A stretch of 41,974 bases of DNA from assembly GCA_026712335.1 (NCBI GenBank), contig GCA_026712335.1_4695.1. The stretch is one strand, 5' to 3'. The DNA comes from Escherichia coli (GTDB taxonomy: Bacteria; Pseudomonadota; Gammaproteobacteria; Enterobacterales; Enterobacteriaceae). Under the pieces are notes generated by a model. It did no database searches. It saw only the letters and a program-made list of their open reading frames with translations, and was not told where the DNA came from. Position numbers and translations under genes: made by a program. Shown in pieces: positions 39,855-41,974 of the stretch. Every line of letters starts with the position of its first letter. Position 1 is the stretch's first letter.

Positions 39855-41780
39855 ATGGCTAACAAAATTTCCACTGTACGTACTTACCCGCTGAACGGTG
39901 CCGTGAACTTCACGATTACCTTTGAGTATTTAGCACGTAAGTTCGTCCAAGTGACACTCATCGGGAAAGACCGTAAAGAGTTGGTTCTCAATCAGGACTA
40001 TCGCTTTACCACTAAGACCCAAATCACAACCTCCCGTGCGTGGACTGCTGCCGATGGTTATCAGATGATTGAGATTCGTCGATTCACTTCTGCAACCGAC
40101 CGTCTGGTTGACTTTGCTGATGGCTCAATCCTTCGTGCGTATGACCTTAACATCTCACAGATTCAGACGCTGCACGTAGCTGAAGAGGCACGAGACCTAA
40201 CTGCGGATACCATTGGTGTCAACAATGATGGTCACTTGGATGCCCGTGGTCGTAAGATTGTGAACCTAGCGTTCGCTACCAGTGACTACGATGCTGTCCC
40301 TCTGAAGCAAGTAAAAGAGCGCGAGTCGTCTGCTTGGAACGCTGTTAACAAGGCCAATGAACACGCTAACCGCTCTAACACTGAGGCTAACCGATCGCGA
40401 GATGAAGCTGACCGTGCAAAACGTGAAGCTGACCGCTCAACCCAACAGGCAGGTGTCTCTACGGCACAGGCGGTTGAGTCCAAGAAGCAAGCTGACCGTT
40501 CCAACTCTGAGGCTAACCGAGCTAAAGGTTATGCTGATAGTATGACCGCAAGTGTAGCTGAGGCCAAGAAGCAAGCTGACCGTTCTAACTCTGAGGCCAA
40601 TCGTGCCCGTGATGAGGCCAATCGTGCTGCCGGAGAAGTGACTAAGGCTGCTGCTGAGGTTGCCAAAGCCGCTGCACACGTTGCTACCGCTGATGGACAT
40701 GCTGACAGAGCCAACACTGAGGCAAACCGCTCCAAGAGTGAAGCTGACCGTGCAAAGACCGAGGCTGACAAGTTAGGGAATATGAATAACTTAGCGGGAA
40801 CCATTAAAGCGGTTAATGGTGAGAACGTTGTTTTTAAGAATGATGTTGTAGCACCCGGACAGATTACTGGTGAAAAGGAAGTAAGGGCTGGCGCAGGTCA
40901 ATCGTTTAGCGTGTTAACAAGGAACTCGTTGCAGCTTGTGAACCAGAACTTCGCTGATAGAAATATGAGGTTCTTCGTATGGGGGAATGACCAAGGACGT
41001 GCAAACGTATTTGAGTTAGGTGGTAGCGGTAATGGGTACTATATGTATATCCAGAAGGCTAACCTTAACGACACATTTTGCCAGATGCGAGTGAATGGAC
41101 ATATGGAGGCTGCTGGTGGGCTTACGGTTGGACAATCAGGTGACTTCACTGGAATCTTACAGACTCGCTCACAGAACCTGCTGATGATTAACTCTGCTCG
41201 TCGACATATTCAAATGAAAACCAGCGATAACTACACCGATGGTTATCTTTACAAAGACCCCGGCGCTGGGGCGTGGAGGCTTAACTTTGGTCAGGCAGCT
41301 AACAGGGAGTATACGTTTGATTCAAATGGTACATTAACATCCAACTCAGGCTGGTACATTCCACCAGATGGTAACTTATACATCACGAAGTATGATTCTT
41401 ACATCGACGGTTGGGTCAACAAACGCCTTGGAGAACATGCCTACAATAAAAGCGAAGTAAACAACCTAGTCAATGGACGGTTAACTCAAGCGCAAGCTGA
41501 TGGTCGATACGTCAATAAGAATGCTGGGTGGGCTGAGGTCTGGAAAGGCTCTGCTGGTGGTGGTGTCTCGGTAGGTCTCTCACAGGATGTTCGTTGGAGA
41601 ACCATCTGGATTCAGACCAATGGTCGCTGGAACGCCGTTCCTATTGGTGACAATGCGGCTTACTTCATCTCGTCTGCTGGTGGTTGGTTGAAGTTCACAA
41701 TCTCCAACAACGGCAGAACTTTCCGTAACGACAAAGACGACCGTTCAGTCCCTACGCGAATCTTAGTTCAAAACCAATAA
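39855..41780 (+). CDS. 17: Tail fiber protein gp17 (641 aa, with expanded central repeat region)
   Basis: N-terminal domain FEYLARKFV.VTLIG.DRK...DGSILRAYDLN..QIQT.HVAEEARDLT.DTIGVNNDGHLDARGR.IVNLA and C-terminal tip match T7 gp17. Confidence 0.96.
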   Translation: MANKISTVRTYPLNGAVNFTITFEYLARKFVQVTLIGKDRKELVLNQDYRFTTKTQITTSRAWTAADGYQMIEIRRFTSATDRLVDFADGSILRAYDLNISQIQTLHVAEEARDLTADTIGVNNDGHLDARGRKIVNLAFATSDYDAVPLKQVKERESSAWNAVNKANEHANRSNTEANRSRDEADRAKREADRSTQQAGVSTAQAVESKKQADRSNSEANRAKGYADSMTASVAEAKKQADRSNSEANRARDEANRAAGEVTKAAAEVAKAAAHVATADGHADRANTEANRSKSEADRAKTEADKLGNMNNLAGTIKAVNGENVVFKNDVVAPGQITGEKEVRAGAGQSFSVLTRNSLQLVNQNFADRNMRFFVWGNDQGRANVFELGGSGNGYYMYIQKANLNDTFCQMRVNGHMEAAGGLTVGQSGDFTGILQTRSQNLLMINSARRHIQMKTSDNYTDGYLYKDPGAGAWRLNFGQAANREYTFDSNGTLTSNSGWYIPPDGNLYITKYDSYIDGWVNKRLGEHAYNKSEVNNLVNGRLTQAQADGRYVNKNAGWAEVWKGSAGGGVSVGLSQDVRWRTIWIQTNGRWNAVPIGDNAAYFISSAGGWLKFTISNNGRTFRNDKDDRSVPTRILVQNQ

Positions 41781-41826
41781 GGACAACATATAGACCACGG
41801 ATGGTCTCAACAATAAGGAGGACACA

Positions 41827-41974
41827 ATGTTGTCTTTAGATTTTAACAACGAGGTAGTGAAGGCTGCACCGATTGTAGGGACAGGCGTAGCCGATGGTGC
41901 TGCCCGTCTGTTCTTCGGCCTGTCACTCAACGAGTGGTTCTATGTAGCCGCAATTGCCTACACAGTGGCTCAAA
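41827..41974 (+). CDS. 17.5: Holin gp17.5, 5' fragment (wrap-around copy of 544..691)
   Basis: Identical to the start of ORF 544..750; window ends inside the gene. Confidence 0.85.
   Translation, partial: MLSLDFNNEVVKAAPIVGTGVADGAARLFFGLSLNEWFYVAAIAYTVAQ

Overview
This window is an essentially complete genome of a T7-like lytic podophage (T7/T3 supergroup), circularly permuted so that the last ~465 bp (41510..41974) repeat positions 1..~690. All supported genes are on the + strand in canonical T7 order: tail-fiber 3' end, holin, small terminase, Rz/Rz1, large terminase, terminal/origin region with host-RNAP early promoters, then early genes (0.3 SAM hydrolase, 0.7 kinase, gene 1 RNA polymerase), DNA metabolism genes (ligase, gp2, SSB, endonuclease I, lysozyme, primase-helicase, DNA polymerase, exonuclease) and structural genes (portal, scaffold, capsid 10A/10B, gp11, gp12, internal virion proteins 13-16, tail fiber). 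I count 16 phage-RNAP promoter-like elements, about eight RNase III-type hairpins and two rho-independent terminators (early TE-like and late Tphi-like). No tRNA, CRISPR array, integrase or transposase is visible. The record is an unmerged scaffold: six single-N junctions (340, 1243, 5105, 6041, 9774, 38186) are each flanked by a 200-340 bp direct duplicate, which artificially splits the RNA polymerase and gp16 ORFs. I did not find a clearly novel multi-gene system. The points most worth follow-up are a 185-aa ORF inserted between Rz and the large terminase, a ~170-aa coiled-coil insertion in gp16, an expanded repeat region and two allelic codon differences in the tail fiber, a T3-type SAM hydrolase combined with T7-type promoter specificity, and a promoter family with T at -1. 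All homology statements are from memory of T7/T3 protein sequences, not from a database search.
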